NCBI GenBank assembly: GCA_963666215.2
Contig: CAXWPL010000005.1
Location: forward strand, 1,280,001-1,344,000
Direction: 5' to 3'
Length of the DNA: 64,000 nt
Origin: Acidobacteriota bacterium
Lineage (GTDB): Bacteria; Acidobacteriota; UBA890; WLXD01
Made by a program: the position numbers and the translations under genes. Position 1 is the stretch's first letter; each line of letters opens with the position of its first letter. The notes below the pieces were generated by a model, which was not told the DNA's origin, ran no database searches, and saw only the letters and a program-made list of their open reading frames with translations. Below are positions 18,316 to 27,892 of the stretch, in pieces.

Positions 18316-19791
18316 ATGAGCTCCGCCAGCACTGCACGTTCGTCCTCACTTGCCCGTGCCAACACCGCAGATCTTGTTGTTGTTGGCTGCTTCGAGAACG
18401 AGTCTTGCGAGCTGCCAACCGCGTCTAAGGAGCTGCAGGAAGCGCTTGCGACCGCGGTGAAGCGGCGAGGCTTCGACGGCTCGAGCAAGCGCGTCACAGA
18501 AGAGTCCTTCGACCGGGGCCGGCGCGGCTTGGCAGTGGTCGGTTTGGGTGGGCGCGAAGGACTCGATGCCCAAAAATTCGCTGAGTGGCTCGATCGGGCG
18601 CTGAGTCTGGGTCGTCAGCACGGCGCCCGCAAGCTCGCCATCGTCTTCCCCGAGCATGACGAGGCGCGAGGCGCGGCTGCTGCCGGTAGAGCTCTGGGCC
18701 GGGCGGCCTTGAGCGGTTACCGCTTCGATACCTATCAAAAAACTAAGGCCGCGAAAGGAAAGCGGGAGGTTCTCGTCGTGCCCCCGGTCGGTGAGGAGAG
18801 AGCCTATCGGGCCGCGGTGCGGCGCCGCACCGGCATCGACGCGGGCGTGGTTCTGACACGCGACCTCGGCAACACGCCGCCCAACGTGGCAACCCCGGTG
18901 TGGATGGCGTCTCGGGCCCGAGCCCTGGCCAGAGAAACGGGTATGAAGGCTCGCGTCTTAGGGGTTCCCGAGCTCAAGAAAAGGAAGATGGGCGGGATCC
19001 TGGCGGTGGGAGGCGGCTCAAAGAACCCACCGCGCCTAGTGCGCCTGGAAGGGGGCGGCCGCGGTCCGAAGGTTGCCCTGGTCGGCAAGGGAGTGACCTT
19101 CGACACCGGCGGCATCTCGATCAAGCCTGCTGCCGCGATGGACGAGATGAAGTACGACAAATGCGGGGCATGCACCGTTCTCGGCATCGTCCGGGCGGTC
19201 GCTGCACTCGATCTTCCGGTGCAGCTGCGTGCCTACCTCCCCCTGGCCGAGAACATGCCTTCGGCGACCGCCTACCGGCCCGGCGACATCGTTCGCTGCT
19301 ACAACGGAAAGACTGTCGAGATTCTCAACACAGATGCGGAGGGGCGGATGATCCTAGCCGACGCTCTGTCTTGGGCGGCGGAGGAGAAGCCGGACTACAT
19401 TCTGGAGTACTCGACACTGACCGGGGCGGCAGTGGTCGCCCTCGGCGAGTTCGCGGCGGCGCTCTACTGCTCCGATGACCAGGTCTCGGCGGGCCTGCTC
19501 GAGGCAGCCGATAACAGCGGCGAGCGCCTGTGGCGAATGCCGCTATGGCCCGAATACGTCGAGCAGATGCGGGGCAATCACGCCGACCTGAGAAACAGCG
19601 GTGCACGCTGGGGAGGCGCAAACACCGCGGCCGCCTTCCTCTCTCAGTTCGTCGGCGGGCATCCGCGATGGGCACACATCGACATCGCCGGTCCCGCCAT
19701 GGCCACCAATCCCAAGGGAGCGAGTGGCTATGGCGTCGACTTCACCGTCGGCTGGCTCGAGGCTTTGGCAAAAAGAAAGAAAGGGGCCTGA
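18316..19791 (+). CDS. pepA: Leucyl aminopeptidase (M17)
   Basis: VGKGVTFDTGG, MKYDKCG, NTDAEGRM, TLTGA, WAHIDIAG; TGCTAAACT extended -10-like motif upstream. Confidence 0.95.
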   Translation: MSSASTARSSSLARANTADLVVVGCFENESCELPTASKELQEALATAVKRRGFDGSSKRVTEESFDRGRRGLAVVGLGGREGLDAQKFAEWLDRALSLGRQHGARKLAIVFPEHDEARGAAAAGRALGRAALSGYRFDTYQKTKAAKGKREVLVVPPVGEERAYRAAVRRRTGIDAGVVLTRDLGNTPPNVATPVWMASRARALARETGMKARVLGVPELKKRKMGGILAVGGGSKNPPRLVRLEGGGRGPKVALVGKGVTFDTGGISIKPAAAMDEMKYDKCGACTVLGIVRAVAALDLPVQLRAYLPLAENMPSATAYRPGDIVRCYNGKTVEILNTDAEGRMILADALSWAAEEKPDYILEYSTLTGAAVVALGEFAAALYCSDDQVSAGLLEAADNSGERLWRMPLWPEYVEQMRGNHADLRNSGARWGGANTAAAFLSQFVGGHPRWAHIDIAGPAMATNPKGASGYGVDFTVGWLEALAKRKKGA

Positions 19792-19792
19792 G

Positions 19793-20764
19793 CTGCTGTC
19801 ATTCGAGGATCTTTCGATCTCTTTTCCGGTGGGGGGGGAACAGGTCGACGTCGTCAGCGAGGTGTCGCTGTCGATCGACAGCGGCGAGTTCGTGGGGCTC
19901 GTCGGCGAGTCGGGCTCCGGAAAGAGCATGACCGCTCTGGCTGCGATGCGCCTTCTACCCGCGCCAGGGAAGGTGCGCAGCGGACGTGTTCTCCTCGATG
20001 GCACCGATCTACTGGAGCTCTCGAGTGCTGCGATGAGAGAGGTCCGCGGCGCGCGCGTGGCGATGATCTTCCAAGAGCCGATGACCGCCCTCAATCCGGT
20101 CTTCACCATTGGCTTCCAGATATGTGAGGCGCTCTTCACTCATCGCAGTCTGCCAAAGAAGGCGGCTCTGCAAGAGGCCGAGAGGCTTCTCGACCTGGTT
20201 GCCATCCCGGACCCTGGGGACCGTCTTCGCGATTACCCTCATCAATTGTCCGGCGGCCAGCGCCAACGAGCCATGATTGCGATGGCGCTCGCCTGCGAGC
20301 CCGAGGTGCTGCTCGCCGATGAGCCCACAACCGCCCTCGATGTCACCATTCAGGCACAGATCCTAGAGCTTCTCGATCGGCTGCGACGGGAGCTCTCACT
20401 GGCGGTTCTTCTGATCACCCACGATCTCTCCGTGGTGGCGGAGACCTGCGATCGCGTGGCGGTGATGTACAGCGGAAGAATCGTCGAGCAGGCGCCTGTC
20501 GACCGCCTCTTCGAAGCGCCCGCACATCCTTACACCCAGGGCCTCTTAGCCGCCTTGCCACGGCTCGGGGAGCCGGTAGAGCGGGGAAAGCTGCCTTCGA
20601 TACCCGGTCAGGTACCTGAAGCCGCCGAGCGGCCGAGTGGCTGCGCCTTCCACCCTCGCTGCGATCAGGCCCTCGAGTGTTGTTCGGTCGACTCGCCGAG
20701 TCTTCACGTGCTGAGTCCCACGCACCACACATATTGCTTTCTCTACAGCGATGGCGGGAAGTGA
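19793..20764 (+). CDS. Oligopeptide/dipeptide ABC ATPase (OppD/DppD-like); start uncertain
   Basis: [40 protein letters not shown]-terminal Cys cluster. Confidence 0.93.
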   Translation: MLSFEDLSISFPVGGEQVDVVSEVSLSIDSGEFVGLVGESGSGKSMTALAAMRLLPAPGKVRSGRVLLDGTDLLELSSAAMREVRGARVAMIFQEPMTALNPVFTIGFQICEALFTHRSLPKKAALQEAERLLDLVAIPDPGDRLRDYPHQLSGGQRQRAMIAMALACEPEVLLADEPTTALDVTIQAQILELLDRLRRELSLAVLLITHDLSVVAETCDRVAVMYSGRIVEQAPVDRLFEAPAHPYTQGLLAALPRLGEPVERGKLPSIPGQVPEAAERPSGCAFHPRCDQALECCSVDSPSLHVLSPTHHTYCFLYSDGGK

Positions 20765-20767
20765 TCG

Positions 20768-21760
20768 ATGACAGCCCTGCTTGAGGCCACCGCCATACAC
20801 AAGCATTTCCCGGTCAACAGAGGGATATTGCGCCGGACTCGCGGTGAAGTCCGCGCCGTAGACGGTGTGGATCTGGAGGTGGCAGAAGGAGAGTGTCTAG
20901 GACTGGTAGGCGAATCGGGTAGCGGCAAAACAACACTGGCTCGCTGCCTCACTCGCCTCATCGAGCCCACCTCCGGCAGTGTCCATTTCATGGGCGAAGA
21001 GATCACCGGTCTTTCGATTCGCGAGCTGCGCAGCCGCCGCCGCTTCTTTCAGATGATTTTTCAAGATCCTTATGGGTCGCTCAACCCCCGCCTGAGCGTC
21101 GAAAGCGCACTTTCTGAGCCACTACTCGTACACCGAGTCGTGCCTCGGGAGCGAGTTCGCGAAAGAGTTGCGGAGCTCCTCAGAACCGTGGGACTGCCCG
21201 AGGCGGCTGCCTCTCGGTATCCGCACGAGTTTTCTGGGGGCCAACGGCAGAGGGTCGGTATCGCTCGTTCGCTGGCCACCGAGCCGCGCCTCTTGGTAGC
21301 GGACGAGCCGGTATCGGCGCTCGATGTCTCGGTGCGGGCGCAGATCATCAACCTGCTCGCGACGCTGCAGGAGCGACTGAGGCTCGGCCTCGTCTTCGTG
21401 GCGCACGACTTGGCGGTGGTGGAGCAGATCGCTCATCGCGTTGCGGTTATGTATCTCGGGCAAGTCGTCGAGACCGCCGATACCAAGAGCTTGTTCAGTG
21501 ACCCTCTGCACCCCTATACCGTCAGCCTTCTGTCGGCGGTGCCGGTGCCCGACCCCAAGCGAAGGCGCAAGCGCATCATTCTCGAGGGAGACCCGCCAAG
21601 TCCGTTGAGCCCGCCTTCCGGCTGCCGTTTTCGGACCCGCTGCCCGATTGCTCAGGAGCGCTGCGCCAGCGAAGCACCCAAGCTCGAGACACTGACCCCC
21701 GGGCACGCTGTTAGGTGCCATTTTCCTGGTGAGCTCCGGCCTGAAGAAATGTCCGGATAA
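20768..21760 (+). CDS. Oligopeptide/dipeptide ABC ATPase (OppF/DppF-like)
   Basis: GESGSGKT, FQDPYGSLNP, FSGGQRQR, DEPVSALD, PSGCRFRTRCP. Confidence 0.93.
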   Translation: MTALLEATAIHKHFPVNRGILRRTRGEVRAVDGVDLEVAEGECLGLVGESGSGKTTLARCLTRLIEPTSGSVHFMGEEITGLSIRELRSRRRFFQMIFQDPYGSLNPRLSVESALSEPLLVHRVVPRERVRERVAELLRTVGLPEAAASRYPHEFSGGQRQRVGIARSLATEPRLLVADEPVSALDVSVRAQIINLLATLQERLRLGLVFVAHDLAVVEQIAHRVAVMYLGQVVETADTKSLFSDPLHPYTVSLLSAVPVPDPKRRRKRIILEGDPPSPLSPPSGCRFRTRCPIAQERCASEAPKLETLTPGHAVRCHFPGELRPEEMSG

Positions 21761-21865
21761 CCCTATGCCCATTCAACACGTACCCATAGCTGCAAGGCGC
21801 GCATGCGCTGTAGAGTGAAACAGGCCGACGCTGAGTTTCGTCCGTGCGTCGAGGAGGATTCTTAG

Positions 21866-23515
21866 ATGAAGACGTCCCACATCCGCGAGCGACTCGCCCA
21901 GGCCTTGGCGATTTCCGGCCTGGTGGCAGCGGCGCTGCTTTATGCGATGCCCTTGCCGGCGGCTGAAATCGTCAGCTCACTGCCGCGTGAGATCGCCGCG
22001 GAGACCGATCTCGACATCCGCGAGGGCCAGGTCAATCTTTCGCTGGAAGATGCTATCTTTATCTCGCTGCGAAGGAATCTAGGCCTCCAGGTCCAGCGCT
22101 ATCAGCGCGAGCAGATCTTCCACACCATCTCCCAGAGCCAGGGCATCTTCGATCTTGGCTTGAGCGCCTCCTTGGGCGCCCTCGAGGAGACGACGCCATC
22201 GGCTACGGCCCTCGACGGGTCGGAGGTGCGCGAATCCGAGCGACAGAACCTCGACCTGCGCCTCGATCAGCTGGTCTCTACAGGCGGCACGGTGAGCTTC
22301 GTCTGGAACAACGATCGCTTCGAGACCAACTCGCTGTTCGCGTCGGTGAATCCCAGCTTCAACGTAGGAATGGACTTCTTGTTCACCCAGCCCCTCTTGG
22401 CGGGCCGTGGCAAAGCGGTGACCAAGCGCAACATTCTGGTCGCGAGTAATAGCAGCGAGATCAGCGCAGAGCTTCTCGAGCAGCAGATCATCCTGAGCGT
22501 CGAGACCGTGGAGGGGGCTTATTGGGACCTGGTGGAGGCGCAGGAGCAGTACAACGTATCGCTCGAGAGTCTTGCGCTGGCGGAAGAGCTCCACCAGATG
22601 AATGGCATTCAAGTCGAAGTCGGCACCCTCGCTCCGCTCGAGCTGGTGCAGAGTGAGGTCGGCGTCGCCATTCGCGAAGAAGAAGTCTTGCGGGCAAGAG
22701 TCACCGCCGAAGACTTCGCCGACGTTCTCCGCCAGTTGCTCAACCTGCACAGCACGGTGTGGACGACACCGATCGAGCCGACCACCGATCCCCTCACCGA
22801 TCGCATCGCGATCGATTTGGATGCGGCGATCTCGGTCGCGATGGCTTCGCGCAGCGAGCTTCGCGAGCAGGAGCTGCGTATCGCCAACCTCGAGTACGAC
22901 GTGCTCTTCTTCAAGAGTCAGGTCAAGCCTCGTTTAGATCTCGAGCTGCGCTACGGCTACAACGGCCTTGGAGGTGACGTCTTCGTCGGCGGGAGCATCT
23001 TTCCGCCCCGCCCGGGAGAGAAGATTCCTGGCGGTTACGGTGACGCCATCGAACAGATATTCGAGGCTCGCTTCGACGGTTGGGGCACCGGGCTTCAGTT
23101 TGCCATGCCGATCCAGAATCGCGAGGCGAAGGCGAGGCGCACCATCGCCGAGCTCGCGGTCGAGCAAGGCTTCGTCAGCCTCGAGGATCTGCGCCTAGGC
23201 GTGCTCACCAGCGTGCGGCGCACTACGCGCGCGGTAGAGAGCGCGGCGGAGGCCATCGATCTGGCCCAGAAGTCCACCGACCTCGCGGAAAAGAACCTCG
23301 ATGCCGAGCGCAAGCGCTATGAGAACGGCATCTCTGGCAGTTTCCAGGTTCTCGAGATCCAGGAAGATCTGACCACCGCTCGCAGCGGCGAAGTCTCCGC
23401 AATCGCGAACTATCGGCGAGTCCTAGTGCTCTACTACAGAGCCATTGGCCGCTTGTTAGAAGAAAAGGGCATCGAGCTCCAGGACGACGTCGACGTCGAA
23501 GAGCAGCAACAGTAG
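21866..23515 (+). CDS. TolC-family outer membrane channel
   Basis: Signal peptide, LSLEDAI...RNL, two OEP-like repeats, AERKRYENG. Confidence 0.85.
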   Translation: MKTSHIRERLAQALAISGLVAAALLYAMPLPAAEIVSSLPREIAAETDLDIREGQVNLSLEDAIFISLRRNLGLQVQRYQREQIFHTISQSQGIFDLGLSASLGALEETTPSATALDGSEVRESERQNLDLRLDQLVSTGGTVSFVWNNDRFETNSLFASVNPSFNVGMDFLFTQPLLAGRGKAVTKRNILVASNSSEISAELLEQQIILSVETVEGAYWDLVEAQEQYNVSLESLALAEELHQMNGIQVEVGTLAPLELVQSEVGVAIREEEVLRARVTAEDFADVLRQLLNLHSTVWTTPIEPTTDPLTDRIAIDLDAAISVAMASRSELREQELRIANLEYDVLFFKSQVKPRLDLELRYGYNGLGGDVFVGGSIFPPRPGEKIPGGYGDAIEQIFEARFDGWGTGLQFAMPIQNREAKARRTIAELAVEQGFVSLEDLRLGVLTSVRRTTRAVESAAEAIDLAQKSTDLAEKNLDAERKRYENGISGSFQVLEIQEDLTTARSGEVSAIANYRRVLVLYYRAIGRLLEEKGIELQDDVDVEEQQQ

Positions 23516-23526
23516 ACTTCACCCGA

Positions 23527-23612
23527 GCCGGGGTGGCGGAATGGCAGACGCAGGGGACTCAAAATCCCCCGAGGGCAACCTTGTGAGGGTTCGAATCCCT
23601 CCCCCGGTACCA
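23527..23612 (+). tRNA. tRNA-Leu(CAA)
   Basis: GCCGGGGTGGCGGAATGGCAGACGCAGGGGACTCAAAATCCCC...GGTTCGAATCCCTCCCCCGGTACCA. Confidence 0.96.
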
Positions 23613-23634
23613 TTGATAATAAAGGGATTACAGG

Positions 23635-24247
23635 TCATGAGTCGGGCCTAGCGAGAATCCTAGTATACCTCCATGGGGGAGTCATGGGGGAGTGCGCTAC
23701 GAAAAAAGCCTGCGGAGCCAACTGCGAATCGCGGTATTGCTGTTGAAGCGTTTTCAGTACAAGGCTCTCTAGGCGTTCTTTTCTGAAATTGACCGCGACC
23801 GAGAGAACGTCCGGCTCGGGGTTCACGCTATGGCCGCATGCCTCGCAGAATGCCCGGACACGATAGAAATCACTATCCTTGTAGGTCACGTGGTGAGGTT
23901 CGTCCGTTAGGGATATCTCGACCGAGCACTTGGGGCAAAGCGGGAGGAGCTCTAGAATTGACCCATCGTCCCGACGTCTCTTCGTGAACCACGGGAGATT
24001 GCAAATCGTGGGCTCGTGCCGGGGGTAGATGTCCTGCCGCTTGCGGTACGAAACAAGCCCTGCGCCGCCGAAGAAGGCGACGACGAGTGAAGCGAGGAGC
24101 GCCCAGAGCGGGAGCTGCATAACGGATCTGTGCACGGGCAGACCAGATCGCCAAGCCGGCGGTCAGGATCAAGGCGACCAGAAACGCGAGGACCTGGCCG
24201 CCGACATCCGAGAGAATCTCCCTGAACTTTTTCACGCCGGAGGCCAT
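23635..24247 (-). pseudogene. 2-TM protein with a Zn ribbon, apparently frameshifted near 24125
   Basis: RBS and TM1 in ORF 23873..24247; TM2 plus CPKC...CEAC in ORF 23635..24135. Confidence 0.5.
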
Positions 24248-24329
24248 GATACCCTTTCTTAGTACTTGATATCAGCGGCCGCGCCAACCGTCGGTGCGTG
24301 ACTTCCTGCGAAAGGCAAGTATTGATCCA

Positions 24330-24662
24330 ATGATTGAATACAAGCGATATGTAGGAAAAGTGATCGACCTCGAGGACGGGGTTCTGCACGGTCGCGTCAT
24401 CAACATTCGAGATGTCGTGACCTTCGAAGCGAAGAGCGCGAAGGAGCTCGAACGCGAGTTTCGAAAGTCCGTCGACGTCTATATCGAAATGTGCGAGAAG
24501 CACGGCGAAGATCCCGATCGGCCGTTCTCCGGCCGGTTCGTTCTCCGCCTCGAGCCCGAGCTACATCGCCGACTCTACGCACTCTCCCAGGTTCAGGAGA
24601 CGAGCATCAACACCGCGGCGGTTCAAGCAATCAAGGCGGAACTCGAGAGGAGCGAACTCTAG
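24330..24662 (+). CDS. hicB: HicB-family antitoxin, orphan (only a HicA-like C-terminal stub upstream)
   Basis: MIEYKRYVG...HGRVINIRDVVTFEA...FRKSVDVY...PFSGRFVLRLEPELHRRL. Confidence 0.88.
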   Translation: MIEYKRYVGKVIDLEDGVLHGRVINIRDVVTFEAKSAKELEREFRKSVDVYIEMCEKHGEDPDRPFSGRFVLRLEPELHRRLYALSQVQETSINTAAVQAIKAELERSEL

Positions 24663-25712
24663 GTGGCCTACTTCGAGAAACGAAGCGCGAAAGACGGCTC
24701 GGTGTCATGGCGTGCTCAGATCCGGCGGCGAGGGGAGAGTGTCGCCGCTACCTTTCCGACCCGGGAAGAGGCCGAAGATTGGGCCGGGGCCGTTGAAACG
24801 GACATCCGTCGGGGCCGCTACTTTGGCGGCGCGGCCGATCGTGCCGTTTATGAGCTCCTCGATCGCTATCTCCTCGAGGAGCTCGGTCACCTCGCCGAAA
24901 GCGAACAACGCAAGAGGCGAATACAGATCGAATGGTGGCGGCAGCAAGTCGGCGGCTATCAGGTGCAGGACTTCTCGCGAGCCGTCGTCAAGGCCGCGCT
25001 AGGTCGACTCCGAGCGGGTGACGGGCCCTCGGGCAAGGGCGTGTCTTCGACGACCGTCGATCGCTACAAAGCCGCCCTCTCGAGAGTGTTCTCGCTCGCG
25101 ATCGCCGAATGGGAGTGGGCTCGCGAGAATCCCCTCCGCGGGCTCGAAAAGAGAACTTCGAAAGCCGACCGATCCAAGCGGTTCGCCGGCAGGTTTCTCT
25201 CGACCGACGAGCGTGATCGTCTCTTCGAGGCGTGTCGAGAGCATCCTTGCCGCGAGCTCTATCCGATCGTTCTTCTCGCGCTTCACACGGGTGGACGACA
25301 GTCCGAGATTCTCTCGCTTCGTTGGAGAAATATCGACTTCGAGAGGCGCCGCGGGACTTTCGTCGGCACAGACACCAAGAACGGCGAAACGCGCTCCTTC
25401 CGATTGACGGAGATGGCCGCCGCGGTCCTTCGCGATTATGGAAGGGTTCGACGCCTCGGTTCGGATCGGCTCTTCGAGAAGTTTCCCGAGTCACAGTGGC
25501 GAACCGCAAGGAAGCGCGCGAAGCTCGACGCGCCCTTTCGCTTTCACGATCTCCGACACACGTTCGCGAGTTACCTCGCGATGTCGGGCGAGGCGACCCT
25601 TCTGGAGATCAAGCAAGCGGGCGGTTGGAAAACGCTCGATATGGTCCTCCGCTACGCACACCTCATGCCGGGCCAGGCTGACGACGTGATCGACAAGGTT
25701 TTCGGGAGTTGA
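24663..25712 (+). CDS. Tyrosine recombinase/integrase
   Basis: TGGR, TKNG, FHDLRH, GGWK...RYAHL; AGGAG RBS, GTG start. Confidence 0.95.
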   Translation: MAYFEKRSAKDGSVSWRAQIRRRGESVAATFPTREEAEDWAGAVETDIRRGRYFGGAADRAVYELLDRYLLEELGHLAESEQRKRRIQIEWWRQQVGGYQVQDFSRAVVKAALGRLRAGDGPSGKGVSSTTVDRYKAALSRVFSLAIAEWEWARENPLRGLEKRTSKADRSKRFAGRFLSTDERDRLFEACREHPCRELYPIVLLALHTGGRQSEILSLRWRNIDFERRRGTFVGTDTKNGETRSFRLTEMAAAVLRDYGRVRRLGSDRLFEKFPESQWRTARKRAKLDAPFRFHDLRHTFASYLAMSGEATLLEIKQAGGWKTLDMVLRYAHLMPGQADDVIDKVFGS

Positions 25713-25718
25713 GGGCCC

Positions 25719-26222
25719 CTGGAGACCTCGACAATAGTCGGCCTCGACCTCGAAACGATCATCCCTTGGTTTGTCTCGGGCGCGGCCGTTTCAGTGGCGA
25801 TCATCACGACCTGGTTCAATGCCAGGAAGTCGCGAAAGGCGCAACTGTACGACGTGAGGTGTCGCATCTATCCTCAGTTCCTTGGCTCCTGTTACAGGCT
25901 TAGAGATCTCTTCGGCGCTCGAGCACTACTGGGGAAGGAGAACTCCAGTACCGCCCACAAAATATTCGGCCTCCACAATGAAATTAGGGACCATTTGGTG
26001 GAATTTAGGCTCTCCCATCTTCCGGCTCTGGAGCTCGTGGCGTCGGACAACGTTCGGGAGAAGGGACGTGTTCTTGCCGATGCCATTCGAGAATACGGAA
26101 ACGAGCTCGTCCAGGCTGCGGGCGATGGAATTCGAACGAGCGACAAGTGGACTTCCTTCGAGCGCGCGACGGCCGAAGCTCAAGACGCCTTCATCGAGAA
26201 GGCCCGAGTCGACCTCGCTTAG
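25719..26222 (+). CDS. Hypothetical protein with an N-terminal membrane anchor
   Basis: Frame is open upstream of ORF 25794, giving IIPWFVSGAAVSVAIITTW TM followed by a helical domain; start uncertain. Confidence 0.5.
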   Translation: METSTIVGLDLETIIPWFVSGAAVSVAIITTWFNARKSRKAQLYDVRCRIYPQFLGSCYRLRDLFGARALLGKENSSTAHKIFGLHNEIRDHLVEFRLSHLPALELVASDNVREKGRVLADAIREYGNELVQAAGDGIRTSDKWTSFERATAEAQDAFIEKARVDLA

Positions 26223-26524
26223 CTTTTTTGGACACCGCGACGACCACCCGATCGCACTGGCAAATTCCGCGGCGCCGGTCGCTTCTCGCCCATGGCGACC
26301 GTCTGACGCTGCGCCTCCCACCATGCCTCGAACCTTTCGATGTCGATCAGGGGCCGAGCCGCGCGCTTTCCTCCCGGCTTCTGCGGCACCCTGACGATGA
26401 CCCCGAACTCGTCGAGGCCGTTCGAGGCCGCGTTACGAACGAGCTCACGGAGCTTCGTCTCGCCCAGGGCAGGCGCGTCCTTCGCGAGCTGCGGGATTGA
26501 TCGGAGGCGTTGGTGGATCAACAT
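26219..26524 (-). CDS. Excisionase-like DNA-binding protein, paralog of 5470..5721
   Basis: LRSIPQLA...LR...NG...LIDIERF; GGAGG RBS. Confidence 0.65.
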   Translation of the reverse strand: MLIHQRLRSIPQLAKDAPALGETKLRELVRNAASNGLDEFGVIVRVPQKPGGKRAARPLIDIERFEAWWEAQRQTVAMGEKRPAPRNLPVRSGGRRGVQKS

Positions 26525-27018
26525 GCGTCCTCCCGTGAAACGTCGCCTATGAGTGCCGCGGTCTCAACCTCTATCAGGTCGAGGCACTCCTCGAAGGCGC
26601 CGCGGGCCTTGGCCTGATGTGTGGTTCGCATGACCTGCTTCACGGTAGGAGCCGGAGTGCTCTGTGTAAACCATCCTGGGACAGAGACTCTGGAGAGGCT
26701 TGGGGATCTTTCCATCCATTCTCATCTGGCTCGGGGGATCATTGGGGATCATTTGTAAGTGCTTTTCCATCAAGAGTTTGGAGTGGGTACCTAGGCTGTC
26801 TGGGGAAACGTGTCTCATCGGACTGAAGAAATTTTCTCCTTTGGAATTTCACTGGGAACCGTCGGCGAGAGCACTTGCAATCGTCGTCGGGTTTGATTGT
26901 CCACTTGCGACTGGGCCTCTGACCTTCGACTGAGCCGAGGGCTTCTCGGAGCGCCCACACGACCGAGCTGCTCGCTCCAGGGGACTCGATCTTCCCCCAG
27001 GGCCGCAGTAGGCCGCGA

Positions 27019-27753
27019 CTAATGATGCTTGTAGGAGACGTTCTGGGTGGAGGGACTCCAGCAAGCACGACAATCTCCGCACGAGGCGGGGCTCGTGGCG
27101 TAGGCTGGGCATTCGTATCCCAGTGGTTGGTGGAGCCGATGCACTGTGCTCGTGGGAAGGCCGTCAATCTCGTGTGCAGGGGAGTCCACGTGGGTCGAGG
27201 ACACTCGTATGGTTAGATTGTCCGGCTTCTCGTGTTGATCACGGAAACCCTTGACGAACGCATATTCTCGAGTCGGAAGCCAATGCTGAACGTCCGGCGT
27301 CATCCGTGCGACCGCTGCGATCCTCTCCAGCATCGATATCGATTGAAGGTCGCCCGAGTCGAACCACCTGAAGTAGGGCTGGCGGTTCTTTTCCGCCTGC
27401 CAGCCAACGAGCTCCGCCATGGCCGTGTTCCAGTCGGGGTGATCAGCTCGCGCCAGACGCCGCTCGTATGCTCGATTGACGGTCGGCCATCTGTAGGCGC
27501 CCTTCATGGCATAGCAGTCGTGGCAAACTGTGCCAGGGATCCTTTCGAGTCGCGAACCAGTCTTGCAGCTCGTTGCGGGAATCCCCCAGCTATGGCAGGG
27601 CATCTTTGAAGTTCGCGATAGGCCTCCGACGATCTCGGTAGCCTCGCTCCTACTGAGCTTCGGTCTTGCCTCAAGGACCAGCTCGTCTAGTGACCTGCGG
27701 TCTTGATCTTGGGCAGCTGCGCTGCTTCTATTGGCTACATCTCTTGAATCCAT
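27019..27753 (-). CDS. Phage Gp88-like Cys-rich (Fe-S/radical-SAM-like) protein
   Basis: LSRTSKMPCHSW.IPA..CKTG...CHDCYAMKG.Y, YFRWFDSGDLQ, HWLPTRE, C-terminal CPA...CGDCRACW. Confidence 0.8.
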   Translation of the reverse strand: MDSRDVANRSSAAAQDQDRRSLDELVLEARPKLSRSEATEIVGGLSRTSKMPCHSWGIPATSCKTGSRLERIPGTVCHDCYAMKGAYRWPTVNRAYERRLARADHPDWNTAMAELVGWQAEKNRQPYFRWFDSGDLQSISMLERIAAVARMTPDVQHWLPTREYAFVKGFRDQHEKPDNLTIRVSSTHVDSPAHEIDGLPTSTVHRLHQPLGYECPAYATSPASCGDCRACWSPSTQNVSYKHH

Positions 27754-27892
27754 CCGGCATCAAGGCCGGCAAATCCAATCCGCTTTGAGATGTTTGAACT
27801 GAGGTGGCTGTCAGACGTAGGACAAGCACCGTCGGTCGAGCAGCTGAACTGCAACGGCCCACGCCAGTGGACGGAGGGCGCGGCGGCGACAG

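Larger units (their letters stand above)
23613..26791. mobile_element. Compact integrative element at tRNA-Leu(CAA) (hicB, integrase, xis-like gene, membrane cargo)
   Basis: Integrase and xis-like gene next to the tRNA; arm-like tandem repeats CATGGGGGAGT x2 (23672..23693) and GGGGATCATT x2 (about 26734..26753); right boundary tentative (GGTACC 26786..26791). Confidence 0.65.

Noticed and set aside
24660-24665. Amber read-through HicB-integrase fusion
   Set aside because: The integrase has its own well-spaced AGGAG RBS and a normal N-terminus; translational coupling is the simpler explanation
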